Of a stretch of DNA of 64,000 nucleotides, positions 9,844 through 20,972 are shown piece after piece; positions within the stretch are counted from its first letter, which is position 1; each line of letters starts with the position of its first letter. The DNA comes from an uncultured bacterium (GTDB lineage: Bacteria > Actinomycetota > Acidimicrobiia > Spongiisociales > UBA5794). Below the pieces are notes generated by a model. It worked only from the letters and a program-made list of their open reading frames with translations, searched no databases and was not told the DNA's origin. The stretch is from NCBI GenBank assembly GCA_963777645.1, contig CAVZRA010000004.1:141806-205805 (forward strand), written 5' to 3'. The translations under genes and the position numbers were made by a program.

Positions 9844-11049
9844 CTATCCAGCGGGATGAACGGCTTCCGCCGGGTCCATGCGGGCAGCGCGTGCGGCCGG
9901 GTATAGGCCCGCCAGGGTGCCTACCAGCAATGCGGCTGCTACTCCCGCGGCCAGAAACCGCACCGGGATGTCAACGACCCACTGCTGGTGGTTGGCGTAT
10001 AGGTAGGTAATGGTGGCGCCGAGGGTTACCCCGGTGACTCCGCCCAATGCGGATAGGAGGACACTCTCGGTGATGAACTGTCCGGCGATGTGAATTCGCT
10101 TGGCGCCTAGAGCGCGGCGCAATCCGATCTCCGACCTACGTTCGAGGACTGAGATAACCATGACATTGGCGATCCCGACTCCCCCTACGACGAGCGCCAC
10201 TGCACCAAGGGCGAGCAGGAGCTGGGTGAGGTTCTGGTCAACGGCGGCTTTCGCTTCGAGGGCGTCCGAGGGTCGGCTTACCGCAACCTCGTTTGGCGCC
10301 TGCGGGTTGGCGGTGCGGGCGAGGATGCCCCTGACCTCATCGATCTGCTCCGGCTGTGTTCGGAGATAGATGGTCGATGGGTTGTTGGGGGTGTGGAAGA
10401 GTTGAGCGGCGATCGGGTATCCGATGAGCGCGGACCGGTCGAGGTCGGGACTGAGTGGCATCGGGTCGAGGATGCCGATGACGGTGAACCAGTTTCCTCC
10501 CAGGTAGACCATCGGCCCGTCGGTGACACCCGAAATCCCGAGGCGTTCGGCCGCTACCGAGCCGAGGACGATCGCCGGCACCTCGCTCGTCGCAGCGTCG
10601 AGCAGCCGCCCTTCGGCGACGGTCGCTCCGAGCGTGAAGAAGACTCGAGGTTCAGCGGCGAAGACCGAGATCCCGTTTGTCTCGAGCTCGGGGATGAGTT
10701 GGGTGCGTCGCACTGTGGTATCGACCTTGGTGATCGCGGCCGCCTGCTCGACGGGGGGAATGCGGCGGACCATCGCCGGCGACTCGATCGGGAGCATTGC
10801 GTCGTCTCCGAATGCCGATTGTCCGGGTCGAACTGCCAGGAGGTTGGTGCCGAGCGCGTCGATCTGGCGCAGCAGCGCCGCCTTCGAGGAAGAAGAGATA
10901 CCGAGAACACCGATCATGGCAGCAATGCCGATCGCGATACCGATGGCGGTGAGCGCGGTTCGGACGCGGCGGCTGCGGAGCCCGTGGGTTCCGGTGGCGA
11001 CGAGATCTCCCGGACGGAGGCGGCTCGAGATCGACGGCTTGGCCATCAT
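9844..11049 (-). CDS. ABC transporter permease, MacB/FtsX family
   Basis: 401 aa from [11 protein letters not shown]: N-terminal TM, extracytoplasmic domain, C-terminal FtsX bundle (..[14 protein letters not shown]..). ATG overlaps the ATPase stop (ATGA). Confidence 0.9.
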   Translation of the reverse strand: MMAKPSISSRLRPGDLVATGTHGLRSRRVRTALTAIGIAIGIAAMIGVLGISSSSKAALLRQIDALGTNLLAVRPGQSAFGDDAMLPIESPAMVRRIPPVEQAAAITKVDTTVRRTQLIPELETNGISVFAAEPRVFFTLGATVAEGRLLDAATSEVPAIVLGSVAAERLGISGVTDGPMVYLGGNWFTVIGILDPMPLSPDLDRSALIGYPIAAQLFHTPNNPSTIYLRTQPEQIDEVRGILARTANPQAPNEVAVSRPSDALEAKAAVDQNLTQLLLALGAVALVVGGVGIANVMVISVLERRSEIGLRRALGAKRIHIAGQFITESVLLSALGGVTGVTLGATITYLYANHQQWVVDIPVRFLAAGVAAALLVGTLAGLYPAARAARMDPAEAVHPAG

Positions 11050-11738
11050 TGGTGCCGCCCCGGCCGGGTGTCTGTCTCTACCCGACCGTCGGTGACTCGG
11101 ATCTGTCTGGGGAACTCGGCGGCGATGTCGCTGTCGTGAGTTATCACGAGAATCGTCGAGCCGCCGGCGTTGAGGTCGGCGATGAGTTGGACTATCCCTG
11201 CGCTGGTCTTCGAGTCGAGGTTTCCGGTTGGTTCGTCGGCGAGCACGATCGCCGGATCTCCGACGATGGCCCGGGCAACGGCGACACGCTGCCGTTCGCC
11301 ACCGGAGAGCTGGCCGGGCTTGTGTTCCATCCTTCCGGCGAGACCGACCTTGTCGAGGGCGGCTGCGGCAAGTCGACGTCGTCGGCGGCGGGCCACTCCC
11401 CGATAGACGAGCCCCGCGGCCACGTTGTCGAGAGCGCTCAGGCCGGGGAGGAGGTGGAACTGCTGGAACACGAAGCCGATTCGGTTTGCCCGGATCGCGG
11501 CCAGGGAGCGATCCGATTCGTTGGTGAGATCCCGACCTTCCAGACGAACGCGTCCGTCGGTAGGTCTGGCCAGAGTGCCCACCACGTTGAGAAGTGTCGA
11601 CTTTCCCGACCCCGAAGCCCCCACTACGGCGACCAGCTCCCCGGTCTCCACTCGGAGCGTGACCGCATCCAGTGCCCGTACCGGCGGACTGGCCGGATAC
11701 TCCTTGGTCACCTGGTCGAGCTCGAGAACTGCGGTCAC
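11046..11738 (-). CDS. ABC transporter ATP-binding protein (MacB/LolD-like)
   Basis: Walker [18 protein letters not shown], Walker B ILADEPT. GTG 11738 overlaps the upstream stop (GTGA); ORF-track start 11792 is a possible alternative. Confidence 0.9.
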   Translation of the reverse strand: MTAVLELDQVTKEYPASPPVRALDAVTLRVETGELVAVVGASGSGKSTLLNVVGTLARPTDGRVRLEGRDLTNESDRSLAAIRANRIGFVFQQFHLLPGLSALDNVAAGLVYRGVARRRRRRLAAAALDKVGLAGRMEHKPGQLSGGERQRVAVARAIVGDPAIVLADEPTGNLDSKTSAGIVQLIADLNAGGSTILVITHDSDIAAEFPRQIRVTDGRVETDTRPGRHQ

Positions 11739-12778
11739 GACGGCACCACGATCTCGTCGCCTGCCTCGATCTCGCCCGTGACCTCCACCCAACCTCCGGC
11801 AAATGCGCCGATCTCGACCGCCCGGTACTCCGTCGAGCCGTCGGGTGCGACTAGCTCGACCGCAAAGCGGCCATCCGCCAGGGCCACCAGGCCTCTCACC
11901 GGGATCACCACTACATCTGTGGCGAGCACCCGAGTGACCCGGACCGTCACCTCACCCGGCTGCTGTCCGGCAGGCGCTGCCGGCGTGAGCTCGACTGTGA
12001 ATCGCAGTGTTCCCGAAGCATCTCGATCGGCGGCGGCAGTGGAATGGAGCGTCGCCGGAAAGCGCGATCCATCCGCCGTCTCGACCTCGATGTCGGGGTC
12101 GCTTTCGAACGCACGCTTCTTGGCGGCCGAGGTCTCGACCGTGACGGTTGGGATCGCCGTCGTGACCTCGAGGATCCCAGCGCCGGATGCCTCGCCGACC
12201 CGCTGAGTGGTCGCAACCCGCAACACATCGTATGGCAGGAACAACAGCTGAGCTGCATCGACCCGACCCGTCCTCTCGAGCTTGTGGTCCTGCTGCCACT
12301 GCTCGACTGCCCGGTACGTGCCGGTACCAAAGACACCGTCGACTTCGTCTGCTTCGAGGTAGCCCCCGGCTTCGAGGAATCGCTGGAGCTGGGTCACGTC
12401 ATCACCCTTGGTGCCCCTGGAGAGCTCCCGATAGGTCGGCACGGCACCTTCGGTCCAATACGTCGGCACTTCGTCGACTCTGTAGAGCAAGTCTCCCGAC
12501 TGGAGGACCGTGCCCGGATTCGGTACCCAGGTCACCGTACCCTCGGGGCCGGCCGGTAAGGAGAAGACCTCCCCGTATCCGATCGCTCCGGTGAGTTCCT
12601 CCGTCTGCTCGAGGGTTCTCCTCTCGACCGTCGCCGTTCCGGTTGTCGCCGTCACAGTCGTGTTCGAGGACTCCGGGTCGGAGGCAGGCGTTTCTGCCCT
12701 GCCGGCGGCAACGACTGCCAGCCCGGTCAGCGTCAACACGATCAAACCGCCGGCGACGCCGAACATACGCCGTCTCAT
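11735..12778 (-). CDS. HlyD-like periplasmic adaptor with peptidoglycan-binding domain
   Basis: 347 aa; N-terminal TM; PG_binding_1-like [34 protein letters not shown]; beta-barrel-like C-terminus. Confidence 0.85.
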   Translation of the reverse strand: MRRRMFGVAGGLIVLTLTGLAVVAAGRAETPASDPESSNTTVTATTGTATVERRTLEQTEELTGAIGYGEVFSLPAGPEGTVTWVPNPGTVLQSGDLLYRVDEVPTYWTEGAVPTYRELSRGTKGDDVTQLQRFLEAGGYLEADEVDGVFGTGTYRAVEQWQQDHKLERTGRVDAAQLLFLPYDVLRVATTQRVGEASGAGILEVTTAIPTVTVETSAAKKRAFESDPDIEVETADGSRFPATLHSTAAADRDASGTLRFTVELTPAAPAGQQPGEVTVRVTRVLATDVVVIPVRGLVALADGRFAVELVAPDGSTEYRAVEIGAFAGGWVEVTGEIEAGDEIVVPS

Positions 12779-13368
12779 GGTGCGCTCTCCCCGTCGGCGC
12801 CGTTGTTGCCGACCTGGTTGCAGGTTTCGAGTGCCGCCTGAAACACGTCAGGGTCGACGTTGTCGTAGAAATCGGGGCCGATCACCGTCGGGCCGTTCGG
12901 GTTCGGATCGGGAAAATCGACCCCGTTGTCACGCATGCACCGCGCAAAGGCGAGATCCCGGTCGCGAGCTGCAGCCACTTGCTCCGGCGACAACTCGAAG
13001 TCGGCGAAGTAGTCGTCGAGAAAGTGCGCACACGCGGCGTCGGCGTCCGCACGGGCCGCGGGATCGTCGTCGCGTGGGGAGACCATGGCCATCCCCGTAT
13101 CGGTAGCGGTCGGGTCGGGCATGTCCACGCCGTGGTCCCGCATGCACTGGCCGTATTCCAGCATCGCCTTGTCCGGGTCGCTCGCTGTTGTCGGGGGCGT
13201 CCCCTCCGTTGTGGACGGAGGCTGCTGGGTGCCGACAGCCGGGGCGGCTGTTGTTGTCGGCGCCACGGTAGGCAGGGTCGGTGCGGGGGCCGTGCCGTTT
13301 GCGCTGCAGGCTGTTGCCAGCAAGGCAAGTGCGGCCAGAGTGAGGGCCGATTGCACGGCGGTGTACAT
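12775..13368 (-). CDS. lipoprotein with duplicated CMRDxGVDxPDP motif
   Basis: ATG 13368; lipobox LLATAC; Thr/Pro-rich linker; two Cys-containing repeats. Stop overlaps the next start (ATGA). Confidence 0.75.
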   Translation of the reverse strand: MYTAVQSALTLAALALLATACSANGTAPAPTLPTVAPTTTAAPAVGTQQPPSTTEGTPPTTASDPDKAMLEYGQCMRDHGVDMPDPTATDTGMAMVSPRDDDPAARADADAACAHFLDDYFADFELSPEQVAAARDRDLAFARCMRDNGVDFPDPNPNGPTVIGPDFYDNVDPDVFQAALETCNQVGNNGADGESAP

Positions 13369-13432
13369 CCTCACGTTGAGCTTCCTCCTGGGTCGACTGA
13401 CCCGATCGTGCCGACGGCCGCCTGTGGGGAAA

Positions 13433-13467
13433 CTGAGAATGCCTGAGAGTTCTCTCAGCTTTCTCAG
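13433..13467. promoter_or_regulatory. four CTGAGA/TCTCAG hexamers at about 10-bp spacing in the divergent promoter region
   Basis: CTGAGA at 13433 and 13443, TCTCAG at 13453 and 13462; inner 7-bp arms CTGAGAG-TT-CTCTCAG. Candidate response-regulator operator. Confidence 0.35.
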
Positions 13468-13503
13468 CTGGTTATCAGCAGAACCGCGAGATACTGAAGT
13501 CCG

Positions 13504-14172
13504 ATGCGTGTGCTTGTGGTTGAGGACGAGTTGAATCTGGCGACGGCGATTGCCCAGGGACTGACCGCCGAGGGCTGCGACGTTGAGGTCGCCAACGATG
13601 GCGAGGACGGCCTGTGGCGCGCCCGGGAAGGCCAGTTCGATGCGATCATCCTCGACATCCTTCTTCCCCGTATCAACGGCTATCGCGTATGTGCCATCTT
13701 GAGAGAGGAAGGGGTGCAGACGCCGATCCTGATGCTGACTGCCAAGGCCGGCGAACACGACGAGGCGGAGGGTCTCGATACCGGGGCCGACGACTACATG
13801 ACCAAGCCATTCTCCTTCGTGGTTTTGCTGGCGAGGCTTCGCGCTCTGGTTCGGCGCGGAAGGGATCTACGCCCGGCAGAACTCGTGGTGGGAAACCTGT
13901 TGCTGGACCCGGCGTCTCGCCGCTGCCGCATGGGAGAGCGTGAGATCAGTCTGACCCCACGCGAGTATGCCCTGCTCGAAGCGCTCATGTCCCGAGCCGG
14001 AACCGTTGTCGGCAAGCAGGATCTGATCGACCGGGTGTGGGGGCTCGATTACTTCGGCAACCCCAACGTGGTCGAGGTCTATATCGGGTACCTGCGCAAC
14101 AAGATCGACCGGCCGGACGATGCACACATGATCGAGACGGTGCGCGGAGTGGGATACCGCATCACCCCATGA
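13504..14172 (+). CDS. OmpR/PhoB-family response regulator
   Basis: 222 aa; MRVLVVEDE..DAIILDILLP..DDYMTKPF; winged-helix C-terminus ..VRGVGYRI. Confidence 0.95.
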   Translation: MRVLVVEDELNLATAIAQGLTAEGCDVEVANDGEDGLWRAREGQFDAIILDILLPRINGYRVCAILREEGVQTPILMLTAKAGEHDEAEGLDTGADDYMTKPFSFVVLLARLRALVRRGRDLRPAELVVGNLLLDPASRRCRMGEREISLTPREYALLEALMSRAGTVVGKQDLIDRVWGLDYFGNPNVVEVYIGYLRNKIDRPDDAHMIETVRGVGYRITP

Positions 14173-15560
14173 GCGGCACCAGACGAGCTCTGTCTCTGCG
14201 CACACGGCTCACAATCGTGGTGACCGCACTCTTCGCCGTTGTTGTCGCGGTGGGAAGTTGGTTCCTGCTCAGCAGAGCCGAGACCGCCTGGATCAAGGAC
14301 CTCAAGGCCCAGGACGTCATCGAACTCAACCAACTCGCCGCAAGCCTGCCTGCACTCGATCCGTCTGACCCCGCGCTTGCCGAAAGCCCGATCTCACTGC
14401 CGCAGGGGAGGGACGGGACCGCGTTCCGGTTGCGCAACGAGTCGGGCACCGTGATTGGGACGACCCCGACGATCTTTCTCGGCGACACCATGGCCCTCTC
14501 GCTCGAAACGGCGCAGCAGGCAGGCGAGCCGCAACCCGTCGACACCGCTGGTGATGAGGCGCTCGGGAGCGAATTCTCGACCGAGAGCATCGTCATCAGA
14601 CGCCCCGGTGGGGACATGACGCTGACGGCGCTCTCCTGGCTGGGATCGGTTCAAACCGGCGTTGCGACCCTGCGGAACACTCTCCTGCTGGTCACCCCAC
14701 TGTTGATCGTTGCGGTCGCGGTGCTCGCCTGGCTCACCACCGGCCGTGCCTTCAAGCCGGTTGCCGCTATTGCCGATCAGGTCGACCGGATCACCGACGA
14801 TCGGCTCGACGAGCGGGTCCCTGTTCCCGCCACCGGTGACGAGATCGCCCACCTCGCACGAACCATGAACAGGATGCTCGACCGGCTCTCCGGCAGCCGT
14901 CGGCGCCAGCGCGAGTTTGTCTCTGATATCTCCCATGAGCTGCGTAACCCGATAGCTACCAGTCAAGCCAAGCTCGAAATTGGTCTCAGCCGGCCTGAAG
15001 ACACCGATTGGAGAGAGACGGCCGAGATCGTCCTCGGCGAGCAGGAGCGTCTCGCCACACTCGTCGAAGATCTGTTGCTGCTCGCCCGGCTCGACGAGAG
15101 CCAGGTCACGACGCGGGAGGACGTCGATCTCGACGACATCATTCTCGAAGAGACGCGGCGGGTGCAGCATCGCCCGGTCGACCTCTCGAGTGTCCAACCG
15201 GTGCGCATCACAGGTGATCCGAGACAGCTCGCCCGACTGGTCCGCAACCTCATCGACAACGCCGGAAGGCATGCGCGGGACCGGATCATGGTGTCTCTCC
15301 GGTCCGATGTTCACGACGCGGTCCTCACCGTCGATGACGACGGACCGGGCATCCCGCCGGGAGATCGGCAGCGGGTCTTCGAGCGGTTCGTCAGGCTCGA
15401 TCCCGACCGGAGTCGGGGTCAAGGGGGGACCGGCCTCGGCCTCGCCATAGTCCAGGCAGTCGTTGCATCCCACGGTGGCTCGATATCGGTAGACGACGCC
15501 CCGATAGGCGGTGCCCGGATCATCGTCCGCCTTCCGGTCGAAGCGATCCAGACTCGCTGA
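14169..15560 (+). CDS. sensor histidine kinase (2 TM, HAMP, HisKA, HATPase_c)
   Basis: ATG 14169 overlaps the RR stop (ATGA); FVSDISHELRNP H-box; DDDGPGIP, GGTGLGLAIV. Confidence 0.9.
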   Translation: MSGTRRALSLRTRLTIVVTALFAVVVAVGSWFLLSRAETAWIKDLKAQDVIELNQLAASLPALDPSDPALAESPISLPQGRDGTAFRLRNESGTVIGTTPTIFLGDTMALSLETAQQAGEPQPVDTAGDEALGSEFSTESIVIRRPGGDMTLTALSWLGSVQTGVATLRNTLLLVTPLLIVAVAVLAWLTTGRAFKPVAAIADQVDRITDDRLDERVPVPATGDEIAHLARTMNRMLDRLSGSRRRQREFVSDISHELRNPIATSQAKLEIGLSRPEDTDWRETAEIVLGEQERLATLVEDLLLLARLDESQVTTREDVDLDDIILEETRRVQHRPVDLSSVQPVRITGDPRQLARLVRNLIDNAGRHARDRIMVSLRSDVHDAVLTVDDDGPGIPPGDRQRVFERFVRLDPDRSRGQGGTGLGLAIVQAVVASHGGSISVDDAPIGGARIIVRLPVEAIQTR

Positions 15561-16069
15561 TCCGTCACTGGACGCCGTGCCCTTCGCCGAATCCCGTGTG
15601 TGCTCAAAGTCAGACGCGGTATGCGGTGCCTTGGACGACGCCGCCTCGCCCTGTCGTGATTTCCACAGGCTCGTGATCGTGAAGCCCACTTGACTGATGG
15701 CGTGTGTCGTCGGCCGGTTGGGGTGGCAGCCGCCCGACATCCGGAGTCAGGTGGGTGTCGCCACATCTCGGGCGCATGCCGAGAGCACGTCGCCGATGTC
15801 CTCGATCCCGATGAATACGATGAGGCATGGGCTGACGGCGCCGGCATGGATGTGAACCGAGCAATAAGCTATGCCCTGGTCGACCTATCCGCATCCACGA
15901 AGTGACGGTGTGAGCTGAGAGCTTGGGACCGGGTCGAGTGAAGCCGGATGCGAACTCCCATCCGGTGGGGAGGATGCGAACGCCAACGGCTATCATGTCG
16001 GCCGAAGGCGCGAGCTACCGCTGGCGAGATCGGACTCTCGTAGGCTGCAGCGAGCGCTATTACAAACAT

Positions 16070-16146
<77 letters not shown>

Positions 16147-16967
16147 GCGAGTCCCCGGAATACGGGGCTTCGTCGAATCCAGCGGAGGGCAAGAAGGGTC
16201 ACCGAGTGGGCAGCTTCTACCCGGGCGTATCGCAAGGCGACAGGGTCGAGTCCCTCCAGGCGTGCTGTCATCTTGTGCAGACGATCCGCCATGCCTAGCT
16301 CGTCACAAAGATCTGAATCGTCTGGGCATTGACGCCGTGCACTCTTTGGTCTGAGCTGCCTCGTCAGTCGCAAGCGCCGACTACAGCGTTTCCATGTGCG
16401 GCGTGCAGAACGGTCAACCGCTCCAAGCACCAACATCATGTCGTGCGCTTCTGCGTCGTCCATCGCGTTCCCTCAAGGTACAGGGGTCCTGCCAATCTCG
16501 CGGTTGCTAACGGGCATCCAGGCATTGGCGGCTCAAGTTGGTGAGGTCGGCACCCGCGCAACCCCCGCAACAAGTCCTGCACGCTGGCTGATCTCACCAA
16601 TGAGGCATCGGTCGAGCAGTTCTTGGTCGATCGGTCCTCAAGGACTTGGGCTACTCAGACAGCCAGATCGCCCCGAAGGCATCTCTCCCTACGAGAGCAA
16701 GGAGTTCGCCACGTGTGGCATTCGCGGACGATCGGCCCTGCACCGGTTGGGGGCAACTCTTGGGCGCCCGACGGAGTCTGTTTTCTCACCACTACCGTTG
16801 GGGCGTTGTTCATTCGAATCGTCCGCCGGGAGTGAGCGTATGGGAGTCGCAGTCATGGTTGGCGACGGCGAAGTGATCGCCAGGGGTGGGCTATTCTTGC
16901 CTGCGATTCCCACCCAGGTTGAGCCGGACCCGACCGGCCGCCGGGTTTGGTGATAGAAGGAACATCA

Positions 16968-17982
16968 ATGAACAATCCGATCGTGCGCGTCGAGAACGTC
17001 GTCAAGACTTTCGGCAAAGAGACCCGGGCACTCGATGGCGTCAGCCTTGAATTCGAGCCCGGCATTGTCTATGGGCTGCTCGGCCCCAATGGTGCCGGGA
17101 AAACGACATTGATTCGTGTGCTCACGACGTTACTCAAGGCCGATTCCGGGTACGCGGAGGTGGCGGGGATCGATGTGAGGGCAGACCCTGTTGCCGCGAG
17201 AACCCACATCGGGCTCGCAGGTCAGTTTGCCGCCGTTGACGACTACTTGACCGGTCGGGAGAACGTCGAAATGGTCGGCCGGCTCTACAACCTATCTGCC
17301 GCCGATGCCAAACAGCGCGCCGGAGAACTGCTCGAGAGGATTCATCTGGACGAAGCCGCCGATCGGACCGTGCGGACATACTCTGGAGGCATGCGGCGAC
17401 GTCTCGACCTTGCTGCCTCCCTGGTGGGGAGACCGGACGTGCTGTTTCTTGACGAGCCGACCACAGGCATCGATCCGCAGAGCCGTCTCGATCTCTGGAG
17501 TCTCATCCGGGATTTGGTCGCGGGTGGCACAACAGTTCTACTCACCACGCAATATCTTGATGAGGCAGACCAGCTTGCCAAGCGCATCGCCGTGATCGAT
17601 CGGGGCAGGCTGATTGCCGAAGGAACCGGAAACGAGTTGAAGGACAAGATGGGCGGTTCGGTCGTCGAATTGCATCATAGCGGACGAGGACACGGACAAG
17701 GGCTCTCGACGCGATGAGCGCGATCTCAAACGAAGTGGTGTTCGAGGAATCTCGAAAGGTACTGCGTTTGCCCGCTCCTGAGGGTTCGCAAACTCTCGTG
17801 CAGGTGGTGCGTGAGCCTCGATGAACGCCGGCATAACGGCTCAGGACGTGGCACTCCGCAAACCGAGTCTCGACGACGTGTTCTTGACATTGACGGGTCA
17901 GGGCGCAGCTGCGGCGGAGGCAGAGCGGGAATCGGCCGCGAAGCCTGGACGGCGCGGTCGCCGGGATCGGAAGGCGGGCTAA
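16968..17982 (+). pseudogene. DrrA-like ABC-2 ATP-binding protein, at least three frameshifts in the C-terminal third
   Basis: GAAGGA RBS before ATG 16968; GPNGAGKTT, YSGGMRRRLDLA, LFLDEPTTGID. The ORF stops at 17717, but the family C-terminus continues in other frames (IADEDTDK; ALDAMSAISNEVVFEESRKVLRLPAPEGSQTLVQVVRE; GITAQDVALRKPSLDDVFLTLTG) to TAA 17980-17982. Confidence 0.8.
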
Positions 17983-18870
17983 TGACGACTGCAACGGAAA
18001 CTGTTCGCCACACCAGGATCAGCGTTCGTCAGACGATCAAGGACATCGCCGTCATCACTCGGCGCAACCTGCTGCGCAATATCAGGCTGCCACAGCTGCT
18101 CATATTTGCCACGGTCCAACCGGTGATGTTTCTTCTTCTCTTCAACTATGTGTTCGGTGGCGCCATCGGCGGCGCGATCCCACCTATCGCTCAGGGCGAA
18201 TACATCAATTGGTTGCTGCCCGGGTTGTTGATCCAGGTTGCCGCTTTTGGCGCCGGGCAGACCGCTCTCGGTCTCACTGAGGATTTGTCCAAGGGAGTGA
18301 TCGACCGATTCCGGTCGCTCCCCATGGCCCGTTCGGCCGTTCTGGCGGGAAGGACGTTGTCGGATCTGATCAGGAATGGCTTCGTCATCGGGTTGATGGT
18401 GATCATGGGTTTTCTGATGGGGTTCCGCTACCAGAGTGACTTCATCCGGTTCGGCGCCGGGCTGGCGTCGCCATGGTGTTCTCGTTTGCGCTGTCGTGGA
18501 TCATGGCCACCATCGGGCTTGGCCGTGAAGAGCCCCGAGGCGGCACAGTCGGCCGTATTCCTGCCGGTCTTCCCATTGGTATTCGCCAGTTCTGTGTTCG
18601 TTCCAACCGAAACCATGCCCGCCTGGTTGCAGGGTTTTGCGATTAACCAGCCGATAACCGTCACGGTAAATGCACTGCGTGGTCTGATGCTGGGCCGGGA
18701 GGCGCTCGCCAATTTCCAACCGGGGATGAATGCGAGTCAGATTGCCGATGCGCGTGGCAAACGCCCCGACGGTGCAAGGCCAGGTGCTGCTTTCGTTGTT
18801 CTGGTCGGTTGCCATCATGGTCGTGTTCGTGCCGCTGGCCATCCGGGTCTACCGCAAGACCGTGACCTGA
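17982..18870 (+). pseudogene. DrrB-like ABC-2 permease, about three frameshifts
   Basis: ATG 17982 overlaps the upstream TAA. A TM segment GVAMVFSFALSWIMATIGL lies out of frame between about 18462 and 18522. The true C-terminus VQGQVLLSLFWSVAIMVVFVPLAIRVYRKTVT is in another frame and ends at TGA 18868-18870. Confidence 0.8.
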
Positions 18871-19315
18871 AGGGTCAGGCACGGCTATGCTCGGAATCGG
18901 GATGGGCGGGATCGCTCAAACCGGTCTCACCCCAGCCGGGATCGCGGTCAACGTCGCGTTGCCTGACAATGGATAGACAAGATCGGATAAGGTGAGCAGA
19001 TTGGTGTTGACACCGGGTCGACGCGCCGCCGTCTCCAGCGATCTAGTCGAGCCACCCGTTACCTGGGCGTCCCACCCTACGTGAGCTCTTGACGCCATTC
19101 TTGGAGGCGCACTTGTGATCCGGCGATCCCCGAACCCGTCCCCTCCACACACGACAGGCGTCTGCCGCTCCGCCGCTCGAAATGCGCCGTGCCCCTCGCC
19201 CATTTTCGGCGTCCGATGTTACTGCTCGGCTAGGTGCTGCTCCGTTCTCTGTCAACGTATCGGGTGACGGGATAGGGCGGCCGCCGGTTGCTACAAGTCT
19301 CCGGGCAGAGCCTCG

Positions 19316-20972
19316 CTACGGCGTGTCCAGGGTGGGGCGAGATGGCATAGTGCGCCCGGTGTCCCCGGGACCTTCGACGGCCGCTGGTCCCACCGGCAAC
19401 TCGCCCCGGACGACCGTCCCGTGACCGGGAGCGCTTTCGATGCTGAGCTCGCCCCCGTATGCTCCGAGGCGGTCCCGCATGTTGACAAAGCCGTGGCTCT
19501 CATCGACTACCTCCGGCGCGAATCCTGCCCCGTCATCGCTGATCTCGAAGACGAGGTGATGGGCGGTTTCGGTCAACCGGACCAAGACCTCGGCTGAAGA
19601 CCCGGCGTGCTTGGCTGCATTCTGCATCGCCTCGAGACAGCAGAAGTAGACCGCCGCTTCGATGCCCGGGTCGAATCTGTTGTCGGTCTGGATGTCCGCC
19701 TTGGTGGCGATCGTGGAGCGGGCGGCGGCGCGTCGCAGGGCTTCGCCCAGGCCGGCGTCACGAAGCAATGGTGGATAGATACCATGCGCTAGTTCCCGCA
19801 TCTCTTCGATAGTCTGGCCGACTTCTTCGCCGAGATCGTCGAGAATGTGACCCAGTGCCTCGGGATCAGCAGACTTGAGTTTGGCCAGCTGGAGTTTCAC
19901 CGCCAGCGCCACGAGCCGCTGTTGGGCACCATCGTGCAGATTTCGCTCGATATTGCGCCGCGACTCATCTGCAGCAGTGACGATTCTCGCTCTGGATTCC
20001 TGGAGCAGCCGGTTCTTGTTTCGTAGTTCCTCCAGCGACTCCTGCAACGCTGAGTCGAGATGGACATTGTGCAGTGCCAGCCCAACCTGCCGGGCGAGGT
20101 CGGCCAACAGGGTGTCGTCTTCGATCTCGAACAACCCGGCTGCCTCCGATCGGCCTGCGACGATCAGTCCGAGCAGATTTCCCATGTGTGTGATCGGTGC
20201 CACCCTTACGTGGGTGTCCTCGGACGATCCAAACGGATCCAGCAGCGACGGGAGCCACATCGATGTCCACGATGTACCGGATACTCTCGCTCCGGCCACC
20301 GCGGCTAGCTCGGCCTTGTTCAGTTGGATCCGGCCGAGACCATGGTCCGGGACCGACGTCGTTCGGTCGAGCACGCCGTCCTTACCGGTCCATATCTCTG
20401 CACCTTCCGGCGCCATGGTTTCGCGAAGTGTCTCGGCAAGCTGGAGCAGCAACTCTTCCATTGGTACCGACCGGGTCATGCGTGTGCCGAAGCTCTGCAG
20501 TGCCGCGCTCGCCGACGGCCGCACCGGGCCTGCCGTCGAGCGAGTCAAGTCCGCGTAGGCGGGAGCGAGCCGGCCCGGCGAGGGTCACCGCAACCGCACC
20601 AGCGACCATCGATAGACCGAGTACACGGTGTTCGGAACCATCGACATCATCACCGAGCCCAACGACGATGATCAGATACACGGCGAGCACCATCGTCACC
20701 AGACCACCAGCGGTGACGGTGGCTCGCAGCACGGGTGGGCCCATTCGCCGCAGCGGAAGAACCCAGATGGCGATAGCGGGAAAGGCGAAGGCGATGAGAC
20801 CGGCCACCCACCACAATCCGAGCCGGTGTGGTGCGTCGACGAGAACATGGAGCGCCCAGACGACGAATGCGACCACCGTGGCGACGAAGGCGGCCCACAG
20901 CAACCACAGCCCAACAGCGCGCCAAGGCGCCTCTCCGGTCGACGATGCGATCATCGCTCGGTCATTCGGCAC
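19316..20972 (-). pseudogene. NarL-type sensor histidine kinase (multi-TM N-terminus, GAF-like, HisKA_3, HATPase_c) with one frameshift near 20500-20540
   Basis: ORF 20382..20972 gives the TM region. ORF 19316..20548 gives ..NLHDGAQQRLVALAV.. and ..GHGTVV... The frames overlap, and no separate start or RBS is evident for the second part. Confidence 0.7.

Noticed and set aside
9844-11802. 652-aa ORF read as a single protein
   Set aside because: Only the last 401 codons (from MMAKPSISS) are FtsX-permease-like. The upstream part is an out-of-frame overlap of the ATPase gene.
14394-15740. 448-aa minus-strand ORF
   Set aside because: Antisense shadow of the histidine kinase gene.
16147-19316. 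Possible integrated element at tRNA-Arg
   Set aside because: I found no integrase/recombinase ORF and no convincing direct repeat of the tRNA 3' end. The best candidate, near 16813, matches only partially. I keep it only as an eroded-island hypothesis.
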